248,000 nucleotides of DNA from Octopus vulgaris. Taxonomy: Eukaryota. Under the pieces are notes generated by a model that saw only the letters and a list, made by a program, of their open reading frames with translations, ran no database searches and was not told where the DNA came from. This document shows positions 186,231 through 200,530 of the stretch, in pieces. Positions within the stretch are counted from its first letter, which is position 1; every line of letters begins with the position of its first letter. The position numbers and the translations under genes are program-made. The stretch is taken from assembly GCA_951406725.2 (NCBI GenBank), contig OX597823.1, positions 26,060,001 through 26,308,000 on the forward strand, written 5' to 3'.

Positions 186231-189200
186231 TGTAAGCTTCACAGACAAGAGGGCACCTGTTGGGGAGGAAAATGAGAAACTTCTGAAATTAGTTTGTAGT
186301 CCAATCCTTGGTCTATGCACACACAATGTATATTATCATAATGTGACTAGCAGAAAAGTGTCTCATGGCAATGTTTCTACTGGTAATAATAATAATTAAA
186401 ATTTTGAAAATCAAATGCTTGTAAATCCATACAAAGTACTTTGATCAGAATTTGATTCTGAAGTATTGGGATTAGCTATGAAAAGATTTTACTATTTGTA
186501 CACTTCCTCTCTCTCTCTCTCTCTCTCTCTGTATCTCTTTCTCTTCCCCTCTCTTATTGTGTGTGTGTGTCAGATAGGGAGAATAAGAGGGAGATTTCTT
186601 GTGCTCATACAAAATGACTGAATCCATAAAAAAAAATGTGGGTATTGTCAATGATTGTTCTCTAACTGCTCTTCCTAACACACTAACCTACCCCTCAGTT
186701 GAGTTGGTAGCTATATTGTTTACACCTAGATTGACTGATACAGCGTAAAGTAAGTTAGCTAGGGGCACAGAGCGATGGTGATGAAGTTTGATCATTTAAT
186801 TGGTCTCGTTAACTAATAATTATCTCTTATCAGAAGATTCTATTAAATGTTATGTTTTAGAAAATATAGATTTTCAAAAGATAGTAAGATAATTGTAATT
186901 ATAACCATTGATTTTTTCTCCCTTTTAGTCTTTAGGTAATTTCATCTATCTAATAACGTACATGCTTAAGCAATGCCTTACTTATTATCTCTCCTTCTTT
187001 CCCTCCCTTCTCTTCCTCTGTGTGTGTGTGTGTATGTGTGTACTCACGTGCGCAAGCATATGTATCAATATCAAGATTTCAAGTCATTAGAACATTGGGT
187101 AGCTTCCTATGCCGTATTCATTTTGGCTTCTTACATCCTGAGTTTAAATCCCACTGGAACCAACTTACTTTATCTTTCATTCTTTTGGGATCAATAAAGT
187201 ACTAGTTCAGTACTAGGGTTGGTTCTTCTCTCTTTCACACATACCCACGCACACACACACACACACACACTTTCTGTCCAACATGTAGAATGATAAAATA
187301 GATCAGTGCTCTGCAAACTTTTTTCACTTGCGATACACTTAAATTCTTTTCATAATTTGGCAGCACACCTGAACTAAAAATATAATTATAGTATAGGGGA
187401 AAAAATTATATTCAGGGTACACTGCAGCACACCTAGCATTGTCTTGTTGCACACTAGTATGCCATGGCATACCAGTTGCAGAGGACTGGAATAGACCAAT
187501 AAAAAGACAGATATAGTTTATCTCACAAAACCCAAAATCAAAACTCTCTGAAATTTGTTCCAACTATTTAACTATTTATTACCTGGACACTTCATTGTTA
187601 TTACTTATCTCTTTGGAGATACCACCGATTCATTATCCTAAATGTGAGTAGCCATGTAGCCCCTCTACAAGAACCAGCTGTACCCCAACCTCTTCTCATC
187701 CCTTAACCCCATCTAACATAAGGAGACTGCTCTCCTTGGGTTTTGTAAATGTGAAAGCTGCTGGTGTCCTGACAAAAGCACTCGACACACACTTATAAAG
187801 TGGTTGGTATATTAGGAAGGGCATCCAGCCATAGAAGAAACCGTGTCAAAGCAGGTTTCTATATATGTATTTGTATACATATATAGAGAAGGAGAGAGAG
187901 ATATGTATGTATTTATTTATTTATCTATCTATCTATCTATCATATATATATATATATATATATATAATAGTCGCAGGGTGTGGCTGTGTGGTAAGAAGTT
188001 TGCTTGCTTCCCAACCACATAGTTCTGAATCCAGTTCCACTGTATGACCCCTTGGGCAAGTGTCTTCTACTATAGCCTCAGGCTGACCAAAGCCTTGTGA
188101 GTGGATTTGGTAGATAAAAACTGGAAGAAGCCTGTCATATATATATGTACATGTTTGTGTGTCTGTGTTTGTTCCCCCAGCATCACTTGACAACCACTCT
188201 TGGTATGTTTACATCCCTGTAACTTAGCAGTTTGGCAGAAAGAGACCAATAGAATAAGTCCCTTGGGTTGATTTGTTCGACTAAAAAGGGCAATGCTCCA
188301 GCATGGCTGCAGTCAATTGACTGAAACAAGTAAAAGAATAAAAGAATATAAATGTATATATACCTATATTTGTGTGTGTGTGTCGTTAGTAGAAATAGAT
188401 TAATCTAGGGGAGAAGCACACTCTAAGATGTAGAGCAGTTAATATTATAAAGGGAGCTGGTTTATGGGGTCACCCTGGGTTTCTCACTCATAACATAAGG
188501 AGTTTAAGCCTTACAGCACGAAGAGGTCTTAGGCCAGCAGTGTTTGGGGTCTGAAGATATACTGTAAGGCTAAACCCCTTATGAGTGAGAAACCCAGGGT
188601 AACCCCATAAACCAGCCCCCTTTATAATATACCGTATATATAAATATCACATACACACACATACATTAGGTGGATATTTTCAATCAAGATGGTACCACTG
188701 GATCTGATTCTTCAAGTGCTTCAGTACTGTGTATGTACATATATTTGATTGCTGATATTTAGCAATGGTTTCTCCCATTGTGTTGATGTACCACTTTCTA
188801 TCATTAATAAAACTGCCAGCATTTTTGATAACACGGGTATACTAGTCCTATATAATAATAGCTGAGTATTAGAGGCATTAACCAAAGAATACAAAAGTAA
188901 CCACACTAGTATGGACATGCAATAAAGAATGAATGACAAGTGTTGTGCTGATTGTAGAAAATAGCCATGGTGATCGGCGGCCAACAGATGTCACGGAATT
189001 GTGATGGCTTTACTATTCTGTATAGACCTTCATAAGCCATTCTAGTATAGGAAAATGTTGGTGATGATGGTATGTTTATTACAGCCGTAAATTGTCATCT
189101 CTTATGTGAGTGAAGCATCTTGTGACTAAGAATATTCCAGGTCTCTTAATCTTTCTCTGTCAAGAGTAGAATTTCACTGACAGCATATATCAATGTTTTT

Positions 189201-192200
189201 TCACTTAATATTCATTGTCAATTCACAGCACATGTCCACACCAGTGCAATTACCTCTCCTGCCTATATCAGTATCTTCAATACTAGTCTCTCCCTCTCTC
189301 TCTCTCTCTCTCATCTCACATGTACTCCACTTCTCATGTACTTTAACATTCCACATCCAATAGTCTGTACGTCCCGTTTATCCCCATAAACATTCTCAAG
189401 TCTTACTATGATACTTAATACACCTACCTTTTATGTGGAAAACCTTTTTGTTGGCATTTGAAATTCCCTGAATTTCCTCAATCTAGCAACCCGACCTTCA
189501 TTACAGCCACCTCTACTACTAATTACACCTCTCTCCTAGATAATGAATAGGAAATAAACTGACTGAAGTGTGTAAATATATGCATAAAGATAGAGGTAAT
189601 AGCCCAGAACATTCATAACTACTCTATTGATATATCTCCTTGCAATATTTCATTAATATTTCTTTTTTTTCTGATTTTTAAAAATATTTCTAAACCTAAA
189701 CCATTAATCATATCAGCATAAGTGACATATTGATCCCTTATTTATGTGTTTGTAATGTTATTGGGTTGACCCTGTTAGCTCTACTCTTCAACTTAGGTAA
189801 CAGAAATTTCCTATCAAATACTTGCAGTGAGTCATTTGACTTGCTGTACCCTAGATGTGCCATGTTTCAGTTTCATGGGTTAAGTGATGAGATGAATGGT
189901 AAGTGTTTCCCTGAGTCTGTTGGTGTTCTGCCATCCAGTCTGACCATCTGGTGGTGACTGTGGTAAAAGTTAGTTGGACTCTTTGATGTGGTGAGCCAGC
190001 ACAAACATTTTGCTTGGGAAGGGGCTGCACATTGAGCTTCACTTTGTCTCAATACATTGCCATTTAGGTCTCGGTAAATTCCTTGAATATATTTTTATAT
190101 TTTTATTTTTTATGACATTGCCAAAATTCTCTGTAAGCAGCATAGAATAACAAGAACAGTCTCAGAAAACCAAGCCTGTGACCCACTTACAAGTTTTGGT
190201 TCTTTCAGTTTCATGTATATTGCTAATGTTCTTGGGGAGATAACAAAAATTTTTTAAAACTTGAACATTGCAACATTCCATTTTTCCTCTCGTGTAAATT
190301 TGTAACATTGCTTTTCAAATGTAAAAGAAATTGCAATGTTGCCCTTAATGAAATAATTAGTTTGTTTATTTTATATCTAACCTTTACCTGAAAATTACTA
190401 TACCTTTAATATACTGACATCGTGTTTGTAGTTGTTGGTGTCATAGTCAGAGCCGTGTGGTTGAGTGGTTTGTTCCTAAATCACATGGTTTTTGGTTCAG
190501 TTCCACTGCGGGGCAGCTTGGAATGGACTTGACTACTACAGCCTTGGGCGTGGACTTGATTCGTCAGAAACTGAAAGGAGCTTTTTGTGCACATGTGAGT
190601 GTGTGTTTCAGTCACCTTGTCTTTATCAGATGGTGATTGTAAGTGAATGTCCCCATCATACAAGCAGTTTCATTTGTTTACAGTCTTCTGTGAATTGTGT
190701 CCAGCTAGGTGGCAGGATGGACAAATTCTGTTTGACCCATGCAACTGGTAGACAAACATTTACTTTTTAAGCCTTACTCTGGATGCAGATATGGCTGAGT
190801 AGTTTAAAAAGTTTGCGGCTGTGTGACTTAGGGTTCATTTTTCTACCTTAAGCAAGCATTCATTACTAATGATTGAAGTTGACTAAAGCCTAGTGAATGA
190901 ATTTTGGCTGACAGAAATTGTATGCAAGGGTGTTGGAGACACCTGTTCTTGGATTTAATTCATCACTTAATTTAACACTGTTATATGACCCTTGGATTTC
191001 TACTCTTGCAAGCAGTCAGACCAAGTCACCAACCTATAGTTGACTTCTTCCCTTCCTCCCACTAGTTTGGGTTGCTCTGAGAAAGGTCATGGGCACCACT
191101 CTTCCTACTGTGACCAAGCCATTAATTTCTGATTCAGCAAAGTTTGTACTATACTTAAATTGGGAGGGTCAGCAAGATTCACTCTTGCCCAAGTAATATA
191201 TATCATTTCGTTTATGTCATTTTTTCCCTGTTGGTGTGAATCGGAAGGAACTTGTTGAGATAATATTCCACAGTAGGATGTCCTTCCTGGCACCAACCCT
191301 AGTTTTATATGTATAGTACTTAGTGCTTAACATGAACTACTAGTTGCCAGACTTTAGTGTATGCGGGGTATAAACATTGTCACCACTATCCCTGCAAAGA
191401 CATAGATACAAACGCTTGCGCGCACATACACACACACACACAAATCTTGATTTTAAGTCTGCTTTACATGCTGGCATGGGTTGGATGAGTTATTGTGACA
191501 GTGGAAGTCAGTTTTTATTCCAAGTTACTGCTTTGCTAGGTGTGTTCAGGGGACAGTATCTTACCCATATATTTCATATTGGTTTGTGATTTCTATCAGT
191601 GAATGTCCTTCCTAACATCAACCACTTTACAGAGTGTACTGATGAATTCTATTGTGATACCAGCACCTCACAGATTCTTTTTACTTTGAGTACTTGGCAC
191701 TTTATGCAACTGTCATACTCATACCCATCACATGCCTGTACCAACATTGCATCTGATTCTTCTTATATCCAAATTTTCCCAGAATCCATTTGTAATCCAT
191801 TGTCCGTGCACACTAAAATTTCACATCAGGTGAAGCATACTAGCCTCACTTCTTTCTTGTCTTCAAATCCTCTGCATTTAAGATCCATGTCTCGCTTACC
191901 ATGTAGCATTACACTTTGCACATAAGCATCATGCAATCTGTCTTTAACTTGGAGAGAGAAGCTCTTTATTGCCAGCAAAGATAAAATAGGTCCTTGAACT
192001 TTTTCCAACCTGTTCTTAGTCTGGCTACTATGCTTTGAGAGTGTACATCCCTACTGGTTACCTACACAACAAAATCCTCAGACTGGTTTCAGTTGCTGGC
192101 TTGAAGCCAAACTGTCTTATTCTATCATTATTTGTTGAATGGTTATTTTTGATGTGACAGCTTTCAGTAGTTTCCGTCTTTCCCTATTCCTGTTTTGAAG

Positions 192201-194012
192201 TATCAATCTACCCCAAACTGCATTAGACACACATCTTTGGTGCTCTGCGGTAGGATTAAATACAACACCATTTAATTACTTTATCATTTTGTACTAATAA
192301 AGTGTAAAACTTGTCATGATTTTATTGCAAAGGTCAATCAACGTGTGCATGTACAGATGCACACATATCTTCATGAGTCAAATGAAATTCGTTAAGACAG
192401 ATTGTTTTTCTATGGTCAGAAACTCTTCTTGTTGCCAACCCTACCTCATTCTCAAGCACATTTTGCTTTAGTCTGGACATGCTTACAATTAGTGAATGAT
192501 CAAGACAAGAAAAGGTACGCATGTATCTCCCTACACACACACATACCCCTACCTACCTACATATCTACATACCTAGTTTTCAGTAATGCAACAGTGAATA
192601 TGATTATGTAAGCCTGAAAAACATGGCCTGGCTTTAGTTTCTGATAAAAGTTTTTATTCTCTTCAGCTTTGCCGTTGTCCTTGGAGGAAAGGCATGAATG
192701 TTATCCTCCCCCATTATTTATGAGTTCTTCTACCTATGCTAAGTACCATGTTGGTAGAACCCTTACAACACTGAACTAAAACATTTTACCCCTGTTATGT
192801 TCTGACTAAAAAAATCACACCAGGTAGTTGATAATACACTTGTGGTCAGTTCAAAGAATCCTATTCCTTCTGCAAAAAGAATATGTTCTGTGCTTAGTCC
192901 AAAGAAATCAATATTACTTTATGCATGGTTTCCCTTCTAAATTTCCATTTGCTCATTCTTCCCTCATCTACCATTTTTCCTAATTCCACTTGTTTTATTC
193001 CTTAATCTATCAAGAAACAGTCCGATAAAAGAGCTTAGAAGAAATATTCTTGATCTCTGTTCATTTTGTTGCTGTTTTGCTCTCTACATTTTGTGTGCTT
193101 TCCTCGGCTTAAGTTTGCTACAGATAACATGTAAAATGTGGATTTCTGTGCGTTTCTGTTGTGGCAGTGCCAAACAAATAAGATATAATTAGCCAGCTAC
193201 TCTTCCACAACACAATTGCATTTCTAGAGTAGGTTTTAATTTTTTTTTCCTTTTCTTTTCTTGCTTTTTTTTTTTTTATACTTTTCCTTGTCTTGTCACT
193301 GCAAACACAATCAAAAAGGAGGTGGGGAAAACAGAATGAAAAAAAGAAAAGAAGACAGAAAAAAAATATATTTCAGACTAGATTTTGTGTAGGCTGGTCC
193401 AGAATAAACTCCCCAGTTGCTTGCTGAAAGAAAGAAAGGATGTTACTGTCATTGGTTGAGATACACCATTATATATATATATATCCTTGCCACTTGACAA
193501 ACTCTGTCTTCTCCTCAAGTAAGCAGTAATGCTTAATGTTTCTTTGGGTTCTCTTTATCTTGCTCTCCTCTCACTCTTCTTTTTTACTTTGATATTTTGT
193601 TCCACTCTTTCTACAGTGACTGGCTGCATATTTGTTGTTGTTGCTGATTGTTAAGATTTATTTTAGTTTTTCCTAACACTAATCTGTTTGTCCTTGCTTT
193701 GCTGCCTACATTTTTTGTCCTTTCGCCTGCAGGTGATTGAGTTGTTTGTTGTTATTTATTATTTTTTTTTTTACTTAAATTTTCATCTTGGAGGGGGAAA
193801 TATCTACAGTTCACTGAAGAAAGAAAAGTGTACTTTTGTATCTGTACACCCTGTATGGTGCTATTTAGTATGCCACCATCACCCATTTCTCTCCTTTTTG
193901 CTTAATTGTATCATTTGAAAGTTATTTTTAAATTTATTTATTATGCTGTCTGTGGATCATTGATGAATTCTCTTTCAAAGCCAAGTGAAGAAGACTTAAT
194001 GAATTTATTTTT

Positions 194013-194056
<44 letters not shown>

Positions 194057-194111
194057 ACACACCCACCCAATGTCAATTTGATTATTAATTTTTTTCTTTT
194101 TTTCTTTACAG

Positions 194112-194130
194112 GTGAAACATTGGACCAAAC
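194112..194130 (+). other. 5' UTR part of the coding exon of the ZNF800-like gene
   Basis: Long polypyrimidine tract plus tttacag| at 194111; an in-frame TGA 18 nt upstream supports ATG 194131 as the start. Confidence 0.75.
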
Positions 194131-196203
194131 ATGGAATTTAATGAAGAAGAAACTGTCAGTGTAAATACCAGGGACATTGACTTATCTCTTTTACGTAAGT
194201 CATTGCAAGCCAGGGGAAAAACAATTGATCAGCTTGTAAACTGCATATATTATGGCACCACTGAAGTCCGACAGTATATCCTTAATGAGTCGGATGTCAT
194301 TATTGAATGTAAGGCATGCCGCAACCTTTTCCGAGCATTACCTAACTTTGTGGCTCACAAGAGAATTTATTGTATGGATTCACACCTTAATGTCAACATA
194401 CCACTACTACGTGATCCAGAAGAAGTAATCTCTGTGAATCCTGAGCCACCAGATGGTGAAGAAGGTGATGATTTTATTGAAACGTCTATTGGCCTGGCGA
194501 AGCAGAATTTGATGAATGGACGAGATATGTCCCTTGATGAAAATTACATGAGTTCAGAGAGCGATACTGTAAGGTCAGAGACTCAGTTCTACGAGAGAAT
194601 TTGCAATCAGCTTGAAAAGCAAAAACCTGACCCCACCATTGGTGTTCGGTTCGAGCCAATTGAAGGAACTGATGTTGCTGTGAGAGTTGTGCCTCTCACT
194701 TCAGAATGTGATGCTAAGCTAGCTCAGGAAAACAATATATCAAAACAGAAAGTCCGTATACTAAGTCATCCGAATAAGATACAATCTAGCTCCAAGGTTA
194801 CTCTTAAAACGGATCTAAAAACAAAGAAAGATATTAAGTTAAAAGCGGATTTTCGACAATTGCGCTGCTTGGAATGTAATCGGACAATGTCCTCTCGGCG
194901 TTATCTGGTGGAACACATTCTGAATTTACACAGCGACAAGCGGCGTTATTTCTCTTGTCCTTACTGCAAAGTTAAGTTCCGTTATTTTCACTGTGTTGTA
195001 CGTCATCTTCGAAGAGTACATGAATGTAGCAAAGATGTGATAGACAACATGCGTGAAAATCTCAGGAACTCTAGCTGGATCGAGAACTCTCCCAACAAAG
195101 CAAATAACAAAGTGCAACCCTTGCCCTCTACATCTTCACATTTTAAAGGTGAAGCTTCAAAGATTATTTCCCCAAAGAACAAAGAACATTCTGGTAAAGT
195201 TCAAAAACTGAAAGTGAAGTTATTTAGTCAAAAGAACACTCCTAGCAAGAGCAACCATACAGAATTTTATCCTCCTCTTACTGTCGTCAAGCAGGAAGTT
195301 TTAAGCGAGGAAGAGTCTGCAAAGGATTCTGATTCAGAAGTCAACACGGCTAAAGATTTGGATGTGAAAGATATGACAGGAAAACACCGGCCTCCTACTT
195401 TAGCTCAGAGAAAGAAAATGGCCATGCTAATGGATAAGAAAAGCTTGACCTGTTTACAGTGCAATCGAGGCTTTTCGAGAATGTCTGGTTTGGTGCGACA
195501 TGTTGCGCACCATTTGGGCTGGAAACGATTCAAATGCAAGTTGTGTATGTACTCTGGCTATGACAGGTATGTTTGCAAATCGCATATTGAAAGAAACCAT
195601 CTTGGTAAAGTTCCTGGTCTAACAAGGAAAGTAATGGATTACTACATTGTTGACCTCGAGGATGGTAAAATTGTTAATCCAGATGGTACTAAAAGTAAGA
195701 AGTTAGGTCTCAAACTTGGTGTAAATCCTACTAAAAAGTCTACTTTATCATCAGCATCCACAGACATAAAACCAGTCACAGTATGCACAAGTCTGGGAAA
195801 TAGCAGTGGGCTTTCCAGTGTGGCCACTGTCAGACTTTCACCTCTTTCAAACGAACAACTCCAGTTGAGTAAAGGTTGTGCTATATCCGCCGACAAGTCT
195901 GAGAAACCTCTAAAAGGTTCTGACTTGAAGAAGAAACTTCTCTCTATGGTTGACTACAGAACTCTCAAGTGTCTTGAGTGTAATAGAACATGGAACAAAA
196001 GATCACATTTACTGCGGCATGCAGCACACCACATTGGTTGGAAGCGGTTTAAATGCAAGTTGTGTGTGTTCTCAGGTTATGATCGCTACATGTGTAAGTC
196101 TCATCTTAAACGATGCCATCTGGGCAAAATCCATGGACTCACAGTAAAAGTACTTGACTACTATATAGTAGATATGATGGAAGAAGAAAACGACGAGGTT
196201 TAA
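194131..196203 (+). CDS. ZNF800: 690-aa zinc-finger protein, ZNF800-like (1 C2HC plus 6 C2H2 fingers), single coding exon
   Basis: N-terminal QLVNCIYYGTTEVRQYIL.E.DVIIECKACRNLFRALPNFVAHKRIYC resembles the ZNF800 signature as recalled ([25 protein letters not shown]). ORF certain; orthology moderately supported. Confidence 0.9.
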   Translation: MEFNEEETVSVNTRDIDLSLLRKSLQARGKTIDQLVNCIYYGTTEVRQYILNESDVIIECKACRNLFRALPNFVAHKRIYCMDSHLNVNIPLLRDPEEVISVNPEPPDGEEGDDFIETSIGLAKQNLMNGRDMSLDENYMSSESDTVRSETQFYERICNQLEKQKPDPTIGVRFEPIEGTDVAVRVVPLTSECDAKLAQENNISKQKVRILSHPNKIQSSSKVTLKTDLKTKKDIKLKADFRQLRCLECNRTMSSRRYLVEHILNLHSDKRRYFSCPYCKVKFRYFHCVVRHLRRVHECSKDVIDNMRENLRNSSWIENSPNKANNKVQPLPSTSSHFKGEASKIISPKNKEHSGKVQKLKVKLFSQKNTPSKSNHTEFYPPLTVVKQEVLSEEESAKDSDSEVNTAKDLDVKDMTGKHRPPTLAQRKKMAMLMDKKSLTCLQCNRGFSRMSGLVRHVAHHLGWKRFKCKLCMYSGYDRYVCKSHIERNHLGKVPGLTRKVMDYYIVDLEDGKIVNPDGTKSKKLGLKLGVNPTKKSTLSSASTDIKPVTVCTSLGNSSGLSSVATVRLSPLSNEQLQLSKGCAISADKSEKPLKGSDLKKKLLSMVDYRTLKCLECNRTWNKRSHLLRHAAHHIGWKRFKCKLCVFSGYDRYMCKSHLKRCHLGKIHGLTVKVLDYYIVDMMEEENDEV

Positions 196204-199200
196204 GGAAAATATGAATTGCCACCATGATGGAAGGAAATACTCTGTATGGGAACAGCTGTGTGTGTGTATGTAAGCATGAGTATGTGTTTACACATTACAC
196301 GCATTCTCATTCACCTACACTCACACACATTTCAAATGAATGGTAATTGTCAAATAGAATTTTAATAAATTCAAAATATACTGATGAAATGCATACACAT
196401 TGCTATATTTGCTATATGTATGAGTGTCTGTGTATCTGTGGTGTGCGTATTTGTATACATATATTTATGTATATAGATATGTCTTTGTGTATTATGTATA
196501 TATACATACATACACACATACATATGGGCGTGCATACATAAATGTAATATATTACAAGTACTTGTTTGTGTACAACACATACAGCAAAGTTTTTTTTTTC
196601 TTTTGTGTGTATGTATCTGAGATAATAATATTAATACCTTGTAGTATGTGAATTCTGTGCATATACATACATATGCATGCACACACACACACACACACAC
196701 ACAGCTACATAAAACATATACATGTAGTTGTGTATGTTCATTTTATTTAAATATAAACCATATATTTAAAAAAAAACAAAAAGAACCATTGAAGTGTAAG
196801 AATACCATTCCTTCTCTCTTTCTCTCTCTCTCCAAGATCTGAACCCTCACCTACCCCCAGACAACTATTTTATGTTTGTCTCTTCCACATAATGTCATGA
196901 GGAACGATTCTTAATTGTTCCTTTGATAATATCAGTGTCATTGATGTCTCATTAGAAAAGATGTTACCATCAACATTTATTATTATTATTATTATATTTT
197001 GGATTGGTTCTATCCACTTCCATGTCTTTTCACTAAAACTTACACTTCAACCATTTTCTTTCATTTATTTTTTTATTGTGAGTTGAATGTTTATTTTCAT
197101 GTTTTAACATGAGTTTAAGAGTGTTTGTCATATTTCTGCTATGGATTTTTGGTTATATATATATACACTCACACACACACATACATACTTACAACATACA
197201 TACATATAGAGATAGATAGATAGATACACACACACACGTTTAATCATAATGAAGATTTTTGTGAGAAGAGGGAATATCTGTTTACTTACATGATTTATAT
197301 AAGCCACAATATCCTCTCATGGTGGCCAAATTTTTAATTTCTCATTGGCAGGTAGCATGGATTTCAAATTCCGCCAAGGCTGACTTTGCCTTTCATCCTT
197401 TCGGGGGTCGATGAAATAAGTACCAGTTAAGCACTGGGGTCAATGTAATCTACTAACCTCCTCTCTGAAAATTTCAGGCTTTGTGCCTATAATGGAAAGG
197501 ATTATTATTAAGGGAATTGGATGGCTGCATCAGTTGCACATTGGACAAAATGCCTGGCAGTTTTACTTTAGTTACGTTCTTTTAAGCTCTGAGCTAAATC
197601 TTGCCAGAGTCTACTTTTACCTTTCAATCCACCTGTAATTTAAGTTCAGTCAACAAAAATCTTGGGCTAGTGTTAACAATCATCACCATCATCATCATCG
197701 TCATTGCCATCATCATCATCATCATCATTACTTTGTTTTAAGGAAGTTCATTTGCAGATATATGGCAATACACACACAAACACATGTAAATTTATAGTTT
197801 TATTTTTTCAATTGTTTTTTTTTTTTTTTTTTTTTTTTTTTTCCAAATTTAATTTTAAAAAGAAAATGGTACATTCTGAAGTATTTAAGTGTATTGTCCT
197901 AAATCATTTCCTGTTTAGTTGTAGAACTTAATATATTTTCACCCATCTTTCTTTGCTCTTGGTTGTGCTGAATCAAAGTTTCTACTTGTTGTCATTTGTT
198001 GTAATTGATGTTTCCAAATATGTTGTCAGTGGATAGAGCCATGGCAACCATTTAAATAACTACAGTCAGCATTTTCATTTTATTTATTATTATTTTTTTC
198101 TTCCAAACGGGGACATATTAATCTTCCAAATATGGTGTTAATGGAGGTAGACACCACCAGCTTGAAAATGCAGCAAATATTTGCTTCCTGAGTTATTTCT
198201 TGGTAAACTTTTCCCTTCCAAATACGTTGTCGATGGAGCTATGACAACCATTTGGTAACTGGAGTAAACCTTTCTCTTTCAAATAATTCACCAGTAAACA
198301 TTTCCCTCTGGAAAATGTTGTCAATAGTTATGACAACCTCTTAATAGCTGCAGTAAACCAATATATAGTTTATAGACCATTAACAGCTAATTGGTCACTC
198401 TTCTAAACATTTCCTTTACAAATATGTGTTAGTGGATATACTGCAGCTAACTGGTATCTTCAATAAATATCTCCTATTTAGAGATCTCAATGGCACCTTC
198501 TGCAAAGAATAGCTGCAATAAACATTTTCTCCATAGATATTTTTTTAAATCTATGAAAAAAAAAAACAGGGTATTTGGTGGTGGGGGGAACAGAGACCTT
198601 TCAATTTATGTTTATATTTTTCATACCCAAGTTTCTGTTTATTATTATAATTAATGACAATAGTAAAATGAAAATCATTGTTCTCTCTCTCTCTCTCTCT
198701 CTCTTCAAGAGTTGTATGTAAACTATTTTAATTTTCACCAAAGAATTTTGTCACCTTTCTACAGAAAATTTTGAGCCAAAGACAGACTTACTTATTGTAA
198801 TAAAAGTTTACTAGTCTGATTTTGTTAAAAATAAACTAAACTTAGAATGAGAATTAAAACCCGAATAAAAAAAAAGATGCAATGTGTCACCATCCTTAGA
198901 TTATGCATTTATCATGTAGTTTTTATGTTTAATACATATTTCAAGTTGAAGAACTCCATGTAGTTAATTGACTATTTTGAATTTCTCACTGGGAGCAATC
199001 ATCACATCAAATATGCAGTTTCTTGAAAACTACTTTTGCTGTGTAAATGGAGTGGTATTAAATTACATTGAATTTCTCTGCTTGAAAAAGATAAAAGATA
199101 TATTCATGCTACATGTTATTTACACCCCCCCCCCTTTTTTTTTTTGTCATTGCTACTACAACTCAGTGTGTATGGGTGTGTTCAACTTCAGTTTAGAGAC

Positions 199201-199445
199201 TGATTTGTGTCTTATGTTCTAAAAGTAAGAACTTTATAAGAATCTTATCGTCCCTGACCAAAAATCATAGTTGGCTGATCAAGAAAACTGTACAGTGAAC
199301 GTGGTTGAGATTCTTTATTTTGGCTGCCTAACTGTAAATAGGTACCATTGTGCAGGTATCCCTCAAAATTCATCCATTTTATTACTCAGGCTTTTACAAG
199401 TTTAAGGAGTACAAAAACTAAACAGATGATTCTTGAGGACTGCTT

Positions 199446-199493
<48 letters not shown>

Positions 199494-199673
199494 AACTACT
199501 TGAGGCAAAAGTTGAAAGGACTAATCTTGAGAACTATCTATTGAAACAACTACTTGTAAGCAATATCATATTTAAAGAATGTTTTATTAGCTTACACGGT
199601 TGGGTTTAAGTGCGAGTATAGTTCTAGAATGGTTTCCTCTGGGAAACCATTCCAGTGCTCTTCAGATCAGACT

Positions 199674-199715
<42 letters not shown>

Positions 199716-200460
199716 TTATAATAATATATTATAAAATATTATAATATATTATAAAATATTATAATAATCCAGGTTTCTCGGAGCACTAGGCCACTTGGTG
199801 TTGAATAGATATACTATTAAATTAGTATCTAATTCTCTCACCCTTATTAATTAATTATATATATATATATATAGTTTAATCAGTCATACCATTGTATCCA
199901 GAACCTGGATCTGATTTTGGTTGTGTGCGATGACTAGTGTGTAGTACTCTGTACTTAACAGACAGCCATCAATGTTTGAAACTAAAAGGTTTCTCTGTTG
200001 GTTAGAATTAGGGCTTGATAATAAAAAAAGCTCAGCAGAATTTTTTCTGATAATCCAAAGGTGATGAGTTCACTCAAAACAGTTGTTTGTAGCTGATTAA
200101 CTTTTTATCACGGGGACTCAATCCTCTTCTCACCAACTCCAACTGAAAAAGAGAATCTTGCTCCCCTTGTAGTTATGTGGATTAGGTTAGATAGATCACT
200201 TGATTATTTAAAATATATACTTTGTGTAAAGGTCCAAACTGACAAATCTAACATTGAAAAAGTTAAAAAAAAAAAATTTAAACTGAAGAAAACAAAGAAA
200301 AAGTTGCTGTAATATGTGAGAAATCTGTGTTGTCCTTATTTACTTGTATGGAATGTATTACCTCATAAGTCCACACAACAGGCTGACAGCACTCAAACAT
200401 TTCTATATTCATTTTCATTGAAAATAGGTCCAAATCTGCCCCCCCCCCCCTGTTTGTGTG

Positions 200461-200530
<70 letters not shown>

